This document shows positions 1 through 13,634 of a stretch of DNA of 64,000 bases, in pieces. The position numbers and the translations under genes were made by a program. Below the pieces are notes generated by a model that was given only the letters and a program-made list of their open reading frames with translations, did no database searches and had not been told where the DNA came from. The stretch's first letter is position 1. Each line of letters opens with the position of its first letter. Source of the stretch: Chiloscyllium plagiosum (Eukaryota); contig NC_057731.1 of the NCBI RefSeq assembly GCF_004010195.1, positions 29,369,374-29,433,373 on the forward strand, written 5' to 3'.

Positions 1-275
1 CTCAGGCGACTCTGTGTGGAGTTTGCACGTTCTCCCTGTATCTGCGTGGGTTTCCTCCGGGTGCTCCGGTTTCCTCCCACAGTCCAAACATATGCAGGTT
101 AGGTGAATTGGCCAAGTTAAATTGCCCGTAGTGTTAGGTGAAGGGGTAAATGTAGGGGAATGGGTCTGGGTGGGTTGCGCTTCAGCGGGTCGGTGTGGAC
201 TTGTTGGGCCGAAGGGCCTGTTTCCACACTGTAAGTAATCTAATCTAATCTAATCTAATTGTAAGTAATCTAATC
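1..275 (+). mobile_element. HE1-type shark SINE (5' end outside the window)
   Basis: V-SINE central domain (tgtgtggagtttgcac...ggtttcctccgggtgctccggtttcctcccacagtcc), LINE-like 3' tail and (TAATC)n end. Near-identical to other copies in the window. Confidence 0.85.
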
Positions 276-849
276 ATTTGTGAAATCAGACAGGGAGTGG
301 GGGTGGGAGGTTAGAATGGTTTACTGGCAAATTTAACATAGCTATGTATATGAATTTATAATGACTAACTATGGGGAAAATATGCTTGGGAGGAAATTCT
401 TTCTCAGTTGATGGCTCTGAATGAGTTAGCATTGAAGTTGCATTAACACCACTCCAATCTGTTGCTGTCCCACAGTCTTTGGATGGAGGCAATTGAATTC
501 TACATCATAATCTACATTAATAGGCAGGTGTATTTGGTATAACCCACATGATTCCTAGTAATTACACTTGTCCAGTACTGTATTTGTTCTTATTGCCATC
601 ATGCAGTAAGCCCCCTTTTTAACTAAGAAAAGTACTTCTTCTGTTTAAGCTCACCAGTGGTGTCTCCTCTATGACCGACAATACACAAACCCCAAGTGCG
701 GTATAGACAAAAGGAGATTGATTCAGCCAACATACCATCCCAACTACCAACCACCATTGGGGCCTACATAGTAAAAACAGATTAACAGATTAAACAAAAC
801 CCCCACAAGATAGCAGCAGGTTTTTGGTTGTGGGGGAGGGGTGTCAGGG

Positions 850-2260
850 GTAATTTGATTTCCTTCACTTAGCTGCGAACCTGTCCATGAAGGCAACTAG
901 ACAGTTATAGGATCTGTTGCTGTGATGCAGTTTCTGGGCAATGGAAGGCTTTGTGTCACAGATAGCTGTTTGTAGCTGCTATTCCTTCTTGTGAATTTGG
1001 ATGAAGACCCTAATTGCTAACACTTCAGAATCCTCTCCTCCCTAGTGCAGGGGCTTGGTTTCTGGCAATCTTCTGAGTACCAGGTGCCTGGGCTGTTTGT
1101 TCTTCCCTCAGCAGCTGTGATATTGTTATTTGGAGGTGCTTGTGTAACCACCCTCTCTATTTCTACAGTTGCTCCTGAGGTGTCCACATCTATACTGGTA
1201 AAAGAGACAGGTAGCAGCATTGCTGATGCTTTCTCTGAAGCCTCCATTCTCTCATCCCCAGATATCTAGGGTGGTGGATCTGATGGAGTTGGTCATTTCT
1301 GCATACAGGTCAAGGGCAGGCCGAGGGAAACTGCATAGTACAAAAGAGAGATGTTGTCACTGCCAGTGGTTAGAAGTGGTGTGCAGTGATTGACAGTGAC
1401 GTTGGGATTAATGGAAGAGTTTTTGTGGGACAAAGACCCATTTGGCAGGATATGGATGTCTCAGCATCACCGCTGGAGCAGCCCTGGTCTTATCTTTTGA
1501 GGGCCAAGATTTTTGCCTTGTAGAAGTTAGGGACACAGGTATTAAGCACCCTTCCTCTCGCCCAGGTTCACTCTGCCCTGTTATGGGCTGTCTTCTCCTA
1601 GTGGCTGTTAGTACTGGTGCATGTGGTGGTAAGGTGTTCTGAAGGATTGAGGAAGCAACCCAGAGGGCACACAGAGTTAGTGAAGAGAGAGATTTTTGAG
1701 GGGGAGGGTCAGAGGTGGGGGGGGGGGGATAGGTGGAATACGTGTGTGTTCAGGAGGTGGGGAGTGGACCATATGAGAGAAGGTGTTGCAGGTGATAGTG
1801 AGACTGCTCAAACATGAGCTAGTCATTTCAGTAATAGTGATAGAGTGAGCGTCAGGTGACAGAGTGAAGAGTGTGGCACTTACCCAGGTGGAATGGTGAT
1901 GGTCATTGCCCGTCGTTCTACATTTCCTGTGTTCCTCCAGACACTGGAGACTGCCCTGGCCCATATGGTGAGCTTGCACCGGGCTGGCAGAGTCTGGTGG
2001 CATGATCTCCTCTGCCCATCCTCCAGGAACAGAATGCCCCTACAGGGAGGGTCTATTGGGTGTATGGAGCAGCAAACTCCACTGCTGAAGGTGACCATGT
2101 TTATTTGTGAGCATAATTCAGATTTGTTCAGATTCGTCAGGCTGTCGGAACAATGAGGAGAAATGGGAGGGCAAGGGGCCTTTAAATTAGTAGCTGGGAT
2201 TGACCTCCAGTTCCCTCTCCTGCCGAGTGTCCTACTCCAGGCATTCAATTTGCAGCAGCA
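850..2260 (-). mobile_element. Decayed PIF/Harbinger Myb/SANT-like DNA-binding gene
   Basis: Minus-strand frameshifted peptides RGILFLEDGQRR..QTLPA..VSSVWR..KCRTTGND, donor GTAAGTGCC (1883), acceptor then EKTAHNRAE (1597), later TSIDVDTS. Same layout as the copy at 63.3-63.9 kb. Boundaries approximate. Confidence 0.55.
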
Positions 2261-2848
2261 CCCCTGTACAGAATGCCCATGGCTGCCATTCCCATTGTCT
2301 CTTGGTATGATTGTGGTGTAACCACAGGAATGGGAGTAAGTGGATTGTTCACTTCCCCTTCTGTCATATTTAATGCTTTATACCTTCAAATGGGTCAATC
2401 ACAGCAATACTCTTGGAATCTTTTATTCTGTCCACAAAAGCAACTTTTTAATCTGCTAAAGAACTGGAAGAATATTGATTCAATTCTCCTTTGCCTTATT
2501 TGTGTTTAGTACTAATCTGTGTTTTTATTGCTCAGTAATAAGAGAGGTTTGAAGAGGGAAAAGTAGCAGATTGGTAACCCTTGCTGCTTTTTGTTCACCG
2601 TCTATGATATGGTATCATTCTGGCAACTTCAGGAGGACAAGAGACCTGGTGCATTGTACTGGTATTTTAATCTTCTGTTGCTGCATCCCACACTCTATCA
2701 ACTGAACTATTTTGCTACAATCAGAAACACACCTTACAAAGACTTTCCTGTAGGTTTGGAGTCTGAATAATACTTCACCATGCCCCATCTTCGACAAAAT
2801 TACTTATCTCTGTAACATGGTGAATTCATCATGTTTTAATTTTGAAGT

Positions 2849-3082
2849 TGAAATAACTCCACAGAGGCTGGTATCCTGCCACCAAGTCACCCTTTATTTA
2901 CACATGGAGAGTCCTTGACACCAATCCAGCTCCCTCAGAGCCAGCTGTCTGAGTGAACAGAACCTTTGATACTCCCTTTTCTACCACAGTCAGGGTTCCC
3001 TGATTGGAACAGGTCAACAGCCCCAATAAGGGAACTCATATTCTATGAGGTCTATCTGGCTGACCTCATTACAACCCCTACA
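2849..3082 (-). mobile_element. Solo LTR (Gypsy-like)
   Basis: TG...CA termini and AATAAA on the minus strand. Homologous to 8200-8371 and to 29141-29339 in the opposite orientation. Confidence 0.65.
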
Positions 3083-4499
3083 GAGGGAAAGTGAATAAAA
3101 ATGATCTCTGGAGATGTGCTTATTGGTTGATAATGAGCCAGCTACCTGTTCTAACTCTAGCTGATTCTCACCATTGCTTATCAATGCAAAAAAGCTGGAG
3201 AGATGGAAAATTAGATGCTAATTTATTAATTCCAGTTTTTTGCACACTGTCGAAGATTAATTCAGCATTCACTCCATCCCCATTATAGGCTTCAGAATCT
3301 TAACAATACTGTGGTACTGGAATCTTTAATAGTATTAGCTTTCATACTTCTGTGATAAATGCATAAATGCTCACAGTCTCTGTAAAATGAATAGGGGCAT
3401 TGGCCAAAACTCAAGGAGGAAACAAAAAGACAATTGAAATGCAATTATTACACAATGGATGAAATAACTTCAAAGAGTAGTTTGGTTAGATTATAGGCAA
3501 AAGAAAAATTATGGGTAACTGAAAATATATTGAATTATATTATTTGAAAGTTAATCAGAAAAGCGAAAGTTATCTGTTGGATCCTGTATATTCTTTTGCT
3601 CAAACAGACATAAAAATGATCTGAAATGTTGGAAATGATATCTACATCAAACAATTACAATTTTGGTGTAAATTTAATAACTTCAGGGCTTCGCAATTTT
3701 AAAATTCTGATACTTCAACAATTTCTCAATCTCACTTCCAATTGTTAAAAATACATTATGTGACGCTAATGCATTCATCAACCAATCTAATCCAGCACTG
3801 AAAGACAAAGTTTTCACACGGATCCACATTTTACTATTGCTAAAATAACATGAGCTATATTGTGTGTCAGCCTTTTATCTCTGTTAAAAATTAATTATGA
3901 TACATATTTCACGTTTTATTGAAAATGTTATATCTCAATTTCACACAGAAATGTTAAGATGCTGACTCCTTTTCTTCAACATCTATTTTATATAATATAT
4001 TTCTCTGTATGACTAATTTTCAGTGACAGCATTGGAAGCTATAACAATTTTGGTATGACTATAAATCCTTTAATTTAGTGTTACTGCCTTTTGTAGCATT
4101 ATATGATTAAATCTTACCTACTTGATAGAAGACAGTAATAATCCAGTCATATTCATCATTTGGCTTGACCTCTTCCTGGCTTAGTATGCCTGCCAGTTAG
4201 TATGCTCCTTTATGATGACAGAATATAATGTGTTTCATATTCAATTCTTATAGACCTTTATGAGAAACCATGAGATTTGTCTGAGGTAGCTGTAAATCTA
4301 TTAGCACTGCATTTAAATTGCTGAGATAGATATACCTTAGGTCAGATTTTGTAACTGGAATTAATATAGTTGTTAAATAATATTACATGGTAAGAGAATA
4401 TGTTATATTTCAGCAGCATTGTTATTTCACAAATTTTGTCAGAATGTGATTGATGTTTTGCAACCAACTGGATCACATTTGTTTTGTTTTATTTGTTCA

Positions 4500-5350
4500 T
4501 GATGTGGGATGTGGGTATCCCTGGCTAAGGCACATTAATTGCCCATCCCTATTTGTCCTCCGCGAAGTGGTAGTGAGCTGCAAATTCATATGGTATAGGT
4601 GCACCCATTGTGCATTTGAGAAGGAATTCAAGAATTTTGACTCAAGTAAAAGCAATACAATTCCAAGAAATTTAAGACAGAGATAGATAGGTCCTTGATT
4701 GTCACGGGGATCAAGGGTTACAGGGAGAAAGCAGAGGATGAGGTTGAGAAACTTATCAGCCATGATTGAATGGTGGAGCAGACTCAATGAGCTGAATGGC
4801 CTAATGGCTCCTGTGTCTTATGGTCTTAAATATAGTGTCACTTGGAAGCAAATTGCAGGTGATGGTTACCCCGTGTGTCTGCTGCCCTTCTCTTTCCAGA
4901 TTGTAGAGATCATAGCATGGGAAGGTGTTGTCACAGAGGTCTGGGTGAGTTGCTGCAGTGCATTTTGTATATGGCAGCTACTGCTACCTTGGGGTCAGTG
5001 GTGGAGAAAGCAAATGTTTAAAGTGCAAAGGCTATTGATGAAATGCACTGCTTTGTCTAAATGGTGTCACATTTCTTGAGTGTAATTGGAATTGCACTCA
5101 TCAGCCAAGTGAAGAGTATTCCATCACAATCTTGACTTGTATCTGGTGGAGAGGTTTTGGAAGTCAGGATGGCAGAATTTCCAGCGTCTGACTTAGTTTT
5201 GTAGTCAAAGCAATTATATGGCTTGTTCAGTTCAGTTTCTGGAGGATGTTGATAGTTGGGGAATTCAGTCATGGTAATGCTATTGAATGTCAAGGACAGA
5301 TACTTAGATTTTCTTTAGATGGAGGAGGTCATTACCTGGAATTTGTGGCA
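4500..5350 (-). mobile_element. Old LINE (CR1/L2 group) 3' remnant with a nested + strand CR1 3' tail at ~4610-4830
   Basis: Similar to the blocks at 20450-21360, 35880-36060 and 50890-51060 (gtccagttcagtttctgg...). The nested piece ends gtggagcagactc..gaatggcct..ctcctg like other CR1 tails. Confidence 0.55.
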
Positions 5351-5435
5351 CATTTGGAAATCCAGCAAAGAGAGTTTGCTATGCAAGAAAGTGGAGATAG
5401 ATTTGACTCCTCTATTGTCTTGTTGATATTATTTT

Positions 5436-6662
5436 GAAAGGCTGGACATGGCATTAATCAACTCCAGCCTCCCCACTACTCTTGACCCACTCCAATTTGC
5501 CTATCAGACCAATAGATCCCCGTGAGATGCCATATCACTTCCTCTTCACTCCTCTTGACACCAAGAACAGCTATATAAGAATCCTACTCATTGACTACAG
5601 TTCAGCCTTCAACACTATTATCCCCTCGAGACTGATTACTAAACCTAGTGATCTTGGACTAAGCCCCACTCTGTGCAACTGGATCCTCAGTTTCCTGACC
5701 CACAGGCCACAATGAGTGAAGATTGGGGACAATATTTCATTGTCACTAACACTCAACACTGGAGCCCCCCAGGGCATACTCAGCCCCCTACTGTACTCAC
5801 TGTATACCCATGACTGCGTCGCCAAATTCCAGACTAATGCCATTTACAAGTTTGCTGATGACACCACCATAGTTGGTCGAATCTCAGATGGCGACGAAAC
5901 AGACTATAGATGGGAGGTGGAAGACCTGGAAAAATGATGCACAGAGATCAATCTAGCTCTCAATGCTGGCAAAACCAAGGAACTCATTATTGACTTTCGG
6001 CGGGATGTTACTCATGCCCCCCTATACATTGACAGCACAGAGGTGGAACGACTAGAGAGTGTCAATCTTCTGGGAGTGGTCATCAACAACAAGCTTTCTT
6101 GGACTCTTCATGTGGACGCACTGGTTAAAAAGGCCCAACAACATTTCTTCTTCCACAGGCAACTGAGGAAATTTGGCATGACGGCGAATACCTTTGCCAA
6201 CTTTTATAGGTGCACCACTGAGAGCATTCTGTCTGGTATGGCAACTGTACCATTCAAGTTTGGAGATGGTTTCAGAGAGTGGTGAACTCGTCCCGGACAA
6301 TCACAAAGGAAAACCTTCAATCTATAGAATCCATCTACCAAGCCCGCTGTCAAGGAAAGGCCACCAACATTCTTAAAGATCCATCCCACCCTGGCAATGT
6401 TTCTCTCCAACCTCTACCACTGGGGAGAAGGTACAGAAGCCTGAACACACACACACAAGCCAGTTTTGAGATAGTTCCTACCCTTCTGTTGTTAGATTAC
6501 TGAATGGACTCACAAACCCTTAACATTCACCTATACCTGTGTTTTTGTTTATTGCCACTGTTTACTTATTATTTACTTCTCTATGCTGCTTAACTATATA
6601 ATCTGCCTGTGTTGCATGCACTGTGCCTCGGTACACATGACAATAAATTCAATTCAATTCAA
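5436..6662 (+). mobile_element. 5'-truncated Rex1/Babar-clade LINE (RT remnant plus 3' UTR)
   Basis: Peptides [35 protein letters not shown] and LNTGAPQGILSPLLYSLYTHDC..KFADDTTIVG (RT catalytic motif). Stops and frameshifts present. Ends AATAAA plus (TTCAA)n. Confidence 0.85.
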
Positions 6663-7089
6663 GTTAATTCATTTTCAAACATTTTTATTTGCATATAAAT
6701 GAAGAAGTGAGCTCATATAAGAAACTGAAATATTTACCATAGAAATTTAAATGCTAAAATACTCCTGTCTGACCTGCATTGGGATGGCAGATGATTTTGA
6801 CATTGATTGTCAGGATTCCTGCAGTATTGTTCTGCATTAGGTCTTAACAATTCTGGTGCACAAATCAGTGCAATTGTTTTTAATGAAAGTGAGAACCATC
6901 TCTAAACTTGGAGTTTCTTTCTTTGTGTTGAGATTTAAGGACAACAATATCTGATGGAGATTCTTGTTAACTCTGGCCTATATGTGGCTCCACTTGCACA
7001 CCAAACTGGTGTGAAATAAGTGTACATCTCAACTCTGATTCAAAACCACCAGTAAGAAGACAGAGTCTCATTTGTACATCATGAAACTG

Positions 7090-7270
7090 CCAGATAACCT
7101 GACACATATTCACCCATAGACTACCAGAGAACCTGACCCATATCTACCAGTAGACAACCAGAGAGTTTAACCCATATCCACCACAAGACAATCAGTGATT
7201 CTAACCCATATTCATCACTAAACAGCCAGAGAGTCTAATCCATATTCACTACTAGACAACCAGAGATTCT
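7090..7270. repeat. 34-bp minisatellite, about 5.3 diverged copies
   Basis: Units start at 7090, 7124, 7158, 7192, 7226 and 7260. Consensus approximately CCAGAGARYCTAACCCATATTCACCACTAGACAA. Confidence 0.85.
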
Positions 7271-8199
7271 ACCAGAGAAACATCTTATTAACTGTCAAAT
7301 CTGCCTTATTAATATGCAAACTCCCATTTTACCAAACTCACCAACCAAGCTACATATCATTAAAACTCGACAAGCCAACCAGAGCGTATACCTAATGATT
7401 TAGGATCACTGCTTGCTCCAAATGAGTTCTGTGTTGGAAACAGGTCAACAGTATCTTGGTCATGATGAATGTCCCTCCTGCGCTGCATGGCTGTGAGTAT
7501 GCACAGCCACAGCCAAGGTTCTATTCATGGTGATCGACATTGGCTCTTCTGAAAGTAGCTGCCGCACATAGACCAGGGAAGCTCATACAACTGGAAGGAA
7601 AATTAGAAAGAATGCTGGTCATGACCGATGGGTGCCAACCAATGCACTCCTTCTCCGTGGGCATTTGCATCTACCATCTACCAACCTATCACCACCATCA
7701 TAGCATTTTTACTATGAATAGACTGCAGCGTGTACCAACAACTTGTGTTCAAAGGCTGCAGCAATGACACTTTCATGCAGTGGCAGGCACCTAGCTCACA
7801 GACTGGACCAGGCTGCATCCCTGCAATTGTTATCTTACTGCTCACTCACTCAGCACCTACCTGCTTGCTCACATCATCTCCGTCCTGTCAAGCTGTACCA
7901 ATTAGTGCATTCAAGCAACTGGACACCTTAACTTGCTGCTCAGCAGACCTCAGCCTAGGGGGCACACATTCTACTGTATGGGAGGTGTGATATCAATTGC
8001 ACATCTGCTCCATCTGCAGCAGCTTCTGTCACAAGCACACTGCATGTGTAACAAGCAAGCAGCTATGTGCTCAACTCTACAATGAAGTTAAGGGACTTGC
8101 CTGTCAGTCAAGGATTCCTGGCACAGCAAGTTAAGAGTAGACTCCCATACTACCTAAGGGCACTGGACACAGTCAGGTATCTGGTGGGGGCACGGCCTT

Positions 8200-8371
8200 T
8201 GAAATAACTCCACAGAGGCTGGAATCCTGTCACCAAATCACCCTTTATTCACACATGAACAGTCCATGACCTTAGTACTGCATCATTCAGAGTCAGCTAC
8301 CAGTGTGCAAGTATCTCTGTGACACTCCCTTTGTTATCTGTGAGCTGGCTGACCTCATTGTAATCCCTACA
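8200..8371 (-). mobile_element. Solo LTR, internally deleted relative of 2849-3082
   Basis: Shares tgaaataactccacagaggctgg...caccctttatt and gctgacctcatt..ccctaca termini. Flanks GCCTT and GTCTT resemble a 5-bp TSD with one mismatch. Confidence 0.65.
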
Positions 8372-10530
8372 GTCTTGCTCAGGGGCTTCATGCCTCTGCA
8401 ATCCAGAAGTGGGCCCCGTGGGGCAAATGCACGTGGTGAGATGACCAGGCACCTGTCAAGGTTAAAGATAGAGCTTGCTTGGATAAATCCAGTTATATCA
8501 GTTGAGGGCAATGAACCATCCACACTAGCAAAGGGATAAAGGAGTAGGGGATGATTGGACTGAGAGTGCTGCCTCAGCACTGATTAATCTTGTGATTGGG
8601 GACTGCAGGTTCTGTGCAAGGGCACAGAGTAATTGTCGGGGGGAGCAGTGGGACTTCAAAGGAGGTGATACTATAAAGCATGGCTGGGAAGGGTGTAATG
8701 AGGGAGGGGGTGTTTATTCAGTAGCATCCTGGATTCAGGTGCAGTGGGTGAGGGAGGGGGTGCTGGGAATGACCACTCCAGGCACTGTTTACCAGGGTCT
8801 GGGTGAGAAGGGTAGGGAGATGAACATAAATGGCTGGCTAGGCGCAATGTGAATTCAGAGGGGTTGACAGGTTGGGATTCTAGGAAGGGGATGTGGACAG
8901 TTAGGCACTCACTATCACAGTGAGTGAAAATAGAAGCCGCAGAAAGAGGAGAACTCACTGTCACATGGCTGGCTCTTGAAAGTGTCCGATGGGAAGAAAA
9001 TGGCTGTGAATACAGTCAGAGTGGGTGGGATAAGTGACTCAATCTGTGAAGGAAGAGGCTGCAGCATGCACAGAGGGCTTTTAAATGGGAACAACACAGG
9101 CCCCTGAAAGGCATGAATGCTGCTTACTCCCTGGGTTTCCTTCAGCATTGACCCTCCCTGTAGGTGCTATCTGCCTGGCACAGCCACTGCTAGGCAACTT
9201 CTAGCAGTTTCAAATTTGTGCACAGAGGGAACCAAGTATTAGGGATCTCCAACCAGGAATGCCAAAGGCATACGCACTATATGCCACATTGTACACTACA
9301 GAGTCATCTTCTGCCAGGTAAGCATGAGGCTGCTCTCTAGCAATCCTCTGTGTGCCAGATCCTGGGGCATTCCTCCCTTGGCTAGCTGGAGAACTCTCAA
9401 GGTGAAGTGCTTGCCTGGTTGTGTATCTGCACTCACTGCGTCTATGACTCCCATTGAAGTGTCTCTATTTGGGCCGGAGGAGGGGTATATGTTTATTAGA
9501 GAGTAATGGATTCTATTTTATTTTTAAGCTTAAGGGAAAGGCCCATAGCTAAGAGGGAGAGAATTTCAAATTTACTTTTGGGTTTGAATGGGGCAGTCCT
9601 GTGAAATCCTGGAAATAAGATGGCTTAATAGACACATGTCTGTGAGAGGGAAATGTATTCAGTGAACTAGGTTATCATTAATGAAGAATTTGTGTTAGTC
9701 CTGGATGTGTTTGGATAAAACCCTGAAGAGGTTCCTTACAGCAGAGTGCATTTAAGCTGATGCATGATAATTTCAGGAAGAAACTACCTGAACGTCCAGT
9801 CTAAAAGATGAAGTGACAAGTGCTTTAAATCTAACAAGGTATAGGATTTATTGATTCTGGTATGAATAGTATGTGAGGGTTGTTTTGGATAGTGCACCAG
9901 GGACATGTTTTAGATACAATACAAAATCTATTTTCTTACTTTTCAATTATAAAAGAGTATTTTGCGATTATTAGGGTTATACTTTGTATTTCAAAATCAT
10001 TGAAGTTGCAATATAAATAGTTATCTTAGATCATTCTGTTCCTTTTGGAATAAACTTCAATTTTTTTTATTGTTCAATTAAAATTTACAGCATGATGTGC
10101 TTTTGTTTCAGCGAGAGACACCTCTTTTAATATGAAAACAAATAAAAATATGATCTGTCAAACCTGATCTGTGCCTGAGATTTGACTGGCCTAATATCAG
10201 CTGAGGTCAAAGCAATGTTTTAATATAAAGAAGAAAGACATGTGATATGGAAACAATAGACCAGATTTTGTATAGAGGGCTACCTTGTAACATCTGTCAT
10301 TAATTCGATTTAGCCTACATCCCTCAGCTCATAGAGACATCTAAAGTGTAGGCTGATAGTGGTCTAACGCAATCAAATGACTCATCTGAGAACTAAATGA
10401 CCATGACAATCTTCATAATAAGATTACAAGATTAGGAAATAAAATTGGGAAGGGTTCAGGAGAGTGAATTAGAATGGATATATTCAATAATATCCCAATT
10501 CAGGTACAGAAGGAGAAATGAAGGAGTGCA

Positions 10531-10848
10531 GGGGCAGGCACAGTGGCACAGTGGTTAACACTGCTGCCTCACAGCGCCAGAAACCCGGGTTCGATTCCCG
10601 CCTCGGGCAATTGTCTGTGTGGAGTTTGCATGTTCTTCCCGTGTCTACGTGGGTTTCCTCCGGGTGCTCCAGTTTCCTCCCACAGTCCAAAGATGTGCAG
10701 GTTAGGTGAATTGGCCATGGTAAATTGCCTGTAGTGTTAGGTGAAGGGATAAATGTAGGGGAATGGGTCTGGGTGAGTTGCTCTTCGGAGGGTCAGTGTG
10801 GACTTGTTGGGCCGAAGGGCCTGTTTCCACACTAAGTAATCTAATCTA
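10531..10848 (+). mobile_element. HE1 SINE, full length
   Basis: tRNA-derived head with A box (tggcacagtgg) and B box (ggttcgattcc), V domain, LINE tail and (TAATC)n. Confidence 0.9.
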
Positions 10849-11319
10849 AAAAAAAGAAAGAGTCAGAGGGAACTGTGAGGTATGCAGAAAAAAATAAGAA
10901 ATTAAAAATTGGAAACTCTATACAGTTGTCTGCAAAAGTTAAAGAAATTAGATTTGACTTTTATTAATTTGATTGCTCGCAAATTGATTGACAGCAGTTA
11001 ACATTTATCTCATTGTTAGCTACTCACACTAATTATTGCATTAAATGTCATATGTGGGTTTGGTTTGTATCAACGATGGCAAATAAAATTGTGAATTTCA
11101 GTGAAGGTCAATGGCACAGCAGACAGTGAAATGCTGTTTTTGCAGAGCTAAAAACAGAGTCACATAACTCTGAGAGCAACTGTAAAATATTCATTTTTCA
11201 CTATGCATCAGTGCTTTACCTGAAGTTACCATACCACTCATGCATAAATAGAGAAAGTATCATAAGTTTTGCTATTATTTTGGGAGTGTGTTCTGGCTGA
11301 ACATTTGATTAGAGATTTG

Positions 11320-11988
11320 GGGCGAAATCTTACCATGAAAATTGCTATCTGTCATTGTTAGCAAGTTTTATGGAATGTTTCTATCTGCAAGCCCCAATGG
11401 ATTTTCTCATTCTATCTTCCCAAACTCATCTCAGACCTCCCACCATACCTTATGATGTCATTGTATTCTCCCACACACCACAGATGGAATTATTTGTAAA
11501 TGCTGGGACCTCACAGGAATTCTGGTTTCAGCGCCATTGTTAGAGCCCAGTCCTGTATCAGTCAAGCGCTGGCACTCTGGAGTGCCCTGCATAGTTCCTG
11601 CAAATTCAGAAGGGCGGCAATTGGCTCCACATGGCCTGGGGGGGGGCATATAGCCACTGCCTGGGCATTATATGGGGACATATTGTTAACTAATAGAGGG
11701 CTGGAGGAGGAAGCAGCAAGTTGGAGTCACCAGTTTACTGTTCCCTCTTCGATTTTTGGGCATTTTGCACTTCAATGGGGCCAAATCGCATAATAATGAG
11801 GATACTGATGCATACAAAAAGCCCTTTAACCTCTCACGAATGAGAATCTTGCCTTGCCGTCAACACTTGGTTGGAAAATGGGACTTCTTGCTCTTGATGT
11901 GAGGAAGCATCTCACTATTATCCTCTGGTAATTCTCCCCAGTACTTGCCAATGTTCATGTTATTCAAGTGCCTGAGAATATTCTGCCC
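11320..11988. mobile_element. Putative non-autonomous Harbinger-like element (MITE)
   Basis: Imperfect terminal inverted repeats GGGCGAAATCTT and AATATTCTGCCC. Flanks TTG and TTA resemble a 3-bp TWA TSD. Confidence 0.4.
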
Positions 11989-12831
11989 TTAGAGCCAGTC
12001 CACATTATTTATTTTCTCTTTAGAAAGTTGATTCCTGTATCCTGTTTGCAAACCACAGATTTTTTGGACAAAATCAGTGAGATTTCTCTTGTCAGCAGCT
12101 TTTCAATATGACTTTTTCTTAAATAATGCATGAGTCACAGTTGATTATTGAGCCAAGACGTCTTTGTGAGAATGCAAACGTAGTAGCCAGAATTGCTTTC
12201 AAATAAAAGCATTTTTTAAAGTTAGCTCGCAGTCACGACGTTTACTGTCTTCACACCTCAGCAACTTCAATTGCAGAGACTTTTATTTTAGTGAATATTT
12301 CTACCAGAACTTAATCAGAGCTCGAATTACAATTTCACCTGTTAAGCTGCAGACATTAATATTTTGAAATCTTCTTCCACGTCTATCAACAGAACATTAA
12401 CTTCACTGATTTCTTAATGGTATTTTGATCTACTATTCTTGAACTGTGAAGAGTCAGAAACCTTCGTTTTAACTTGGAGCCATTTCAGAAGAACTTTATG
12501 TGAAACAAATGGCAAAGTTCTTTTGAGGGAAATAATCTTATCCACATTGTCCCCTTTACACATGCAAAACATGTTTTATTCAATTTTTCTTTGTGAACAT
12601 TATTTATTTAAATACGTGAGTGAGCTTTTGGTATACTGCTTGGCACTCTGTCTCTGGGTGAATTAATGACAGGTTGAGGTTCTGTTCCAGACAATTCTAA
12701 TCAGTGAAAACTGAAGCTCTGGTTCAAAATTTTGGCTCATTGTGCAGCAGCGTACTTGTGCCTCATGGGTGCTGGTGGACTTCAGATCATTAGTATAGTT
12801 GGAAATAAAAAGACTTGCATTTATACAGTAC

Positions 12832-12913
12832 CTTTCAAATAAACCTGTTGGACTTTGACCCAGTGTTGTGTTACTTTGTCCACCCCAGTCCAACACTGGC
12901 GCCTCCACATCAT
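12832..12913 (+). mobile_element. Penelope-like terminal fragment
   Basis: aataaacctgttggact...ccccagtccaacactggc..ctccacatca, the same terminus as at 16373, 60514 and 62992. Confidence 0.7.
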
Positions 12914-13490
12914 TTCACAGTCTAAGACATCCCAAAGTGCTTTACAGTCAGAGAAGTAACTTTGAAATTAGGTCATTTATTTAATGTAGGAGAGGTGACA
13001 GACAATTTTCACACGATAAACACCCACAGACAGCAGTTCGATGATGACTAGATAATCTGTTCTAGTGATGTCGGGTAAAGGATGAATAATGACCAGACCA
13101 CTAAAGAACTCTCTCATTCTAGTAATAGATATTACCAATACAGTATGTGGTCGTGACAATAGTTCCTTGAGTCAGTGTGTTGCTCTGAGACAGCCCAGAT
13201 TATGTACTCAAGTCCAGGGTTAGCTATTCCACTCATGATTTCCTGTTTATAAGTTCGAGCAATATCAATGATCCAAGTTTAAAAGAAGATAAAAGCAGAA
13301 TAAAGTATCTTTAGCTAACATTTTAATTTATGAAGGAATTAGGTTGAAAGAAAAGTTGTTATACTCTATTTGCCTTTGCGGAATTCTGTCACATGAGTAG
13401 CCAAAAAATATTTCAACCGGACAGCAACAATAAATAGAAGGGACAGACTGGTGTGTTAAAGTGTTTAGTGCTGATGTGTTACAGGTTTGA

Positions 13491-13634
<144 letters not shown>

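Noticed and set aside
7090-7270. Regularly spaced repeats resembling a CRISPR array
   Set aside because: The units are contiguous with no unique spacers, there are no cas genes, and the context is vertebrate.
9485-10215. Possible solo LTR (similar impression at 54449-54890 and 40900-41325)
   Set aside because: Termini and TSD could not be defined, and there is no second copy in the window.
10540-10605. tRNA-like A and B boxes
   Set aside because: This is the head of an HE1 SINE. It continues into the V domain and is not a tRNA gene.
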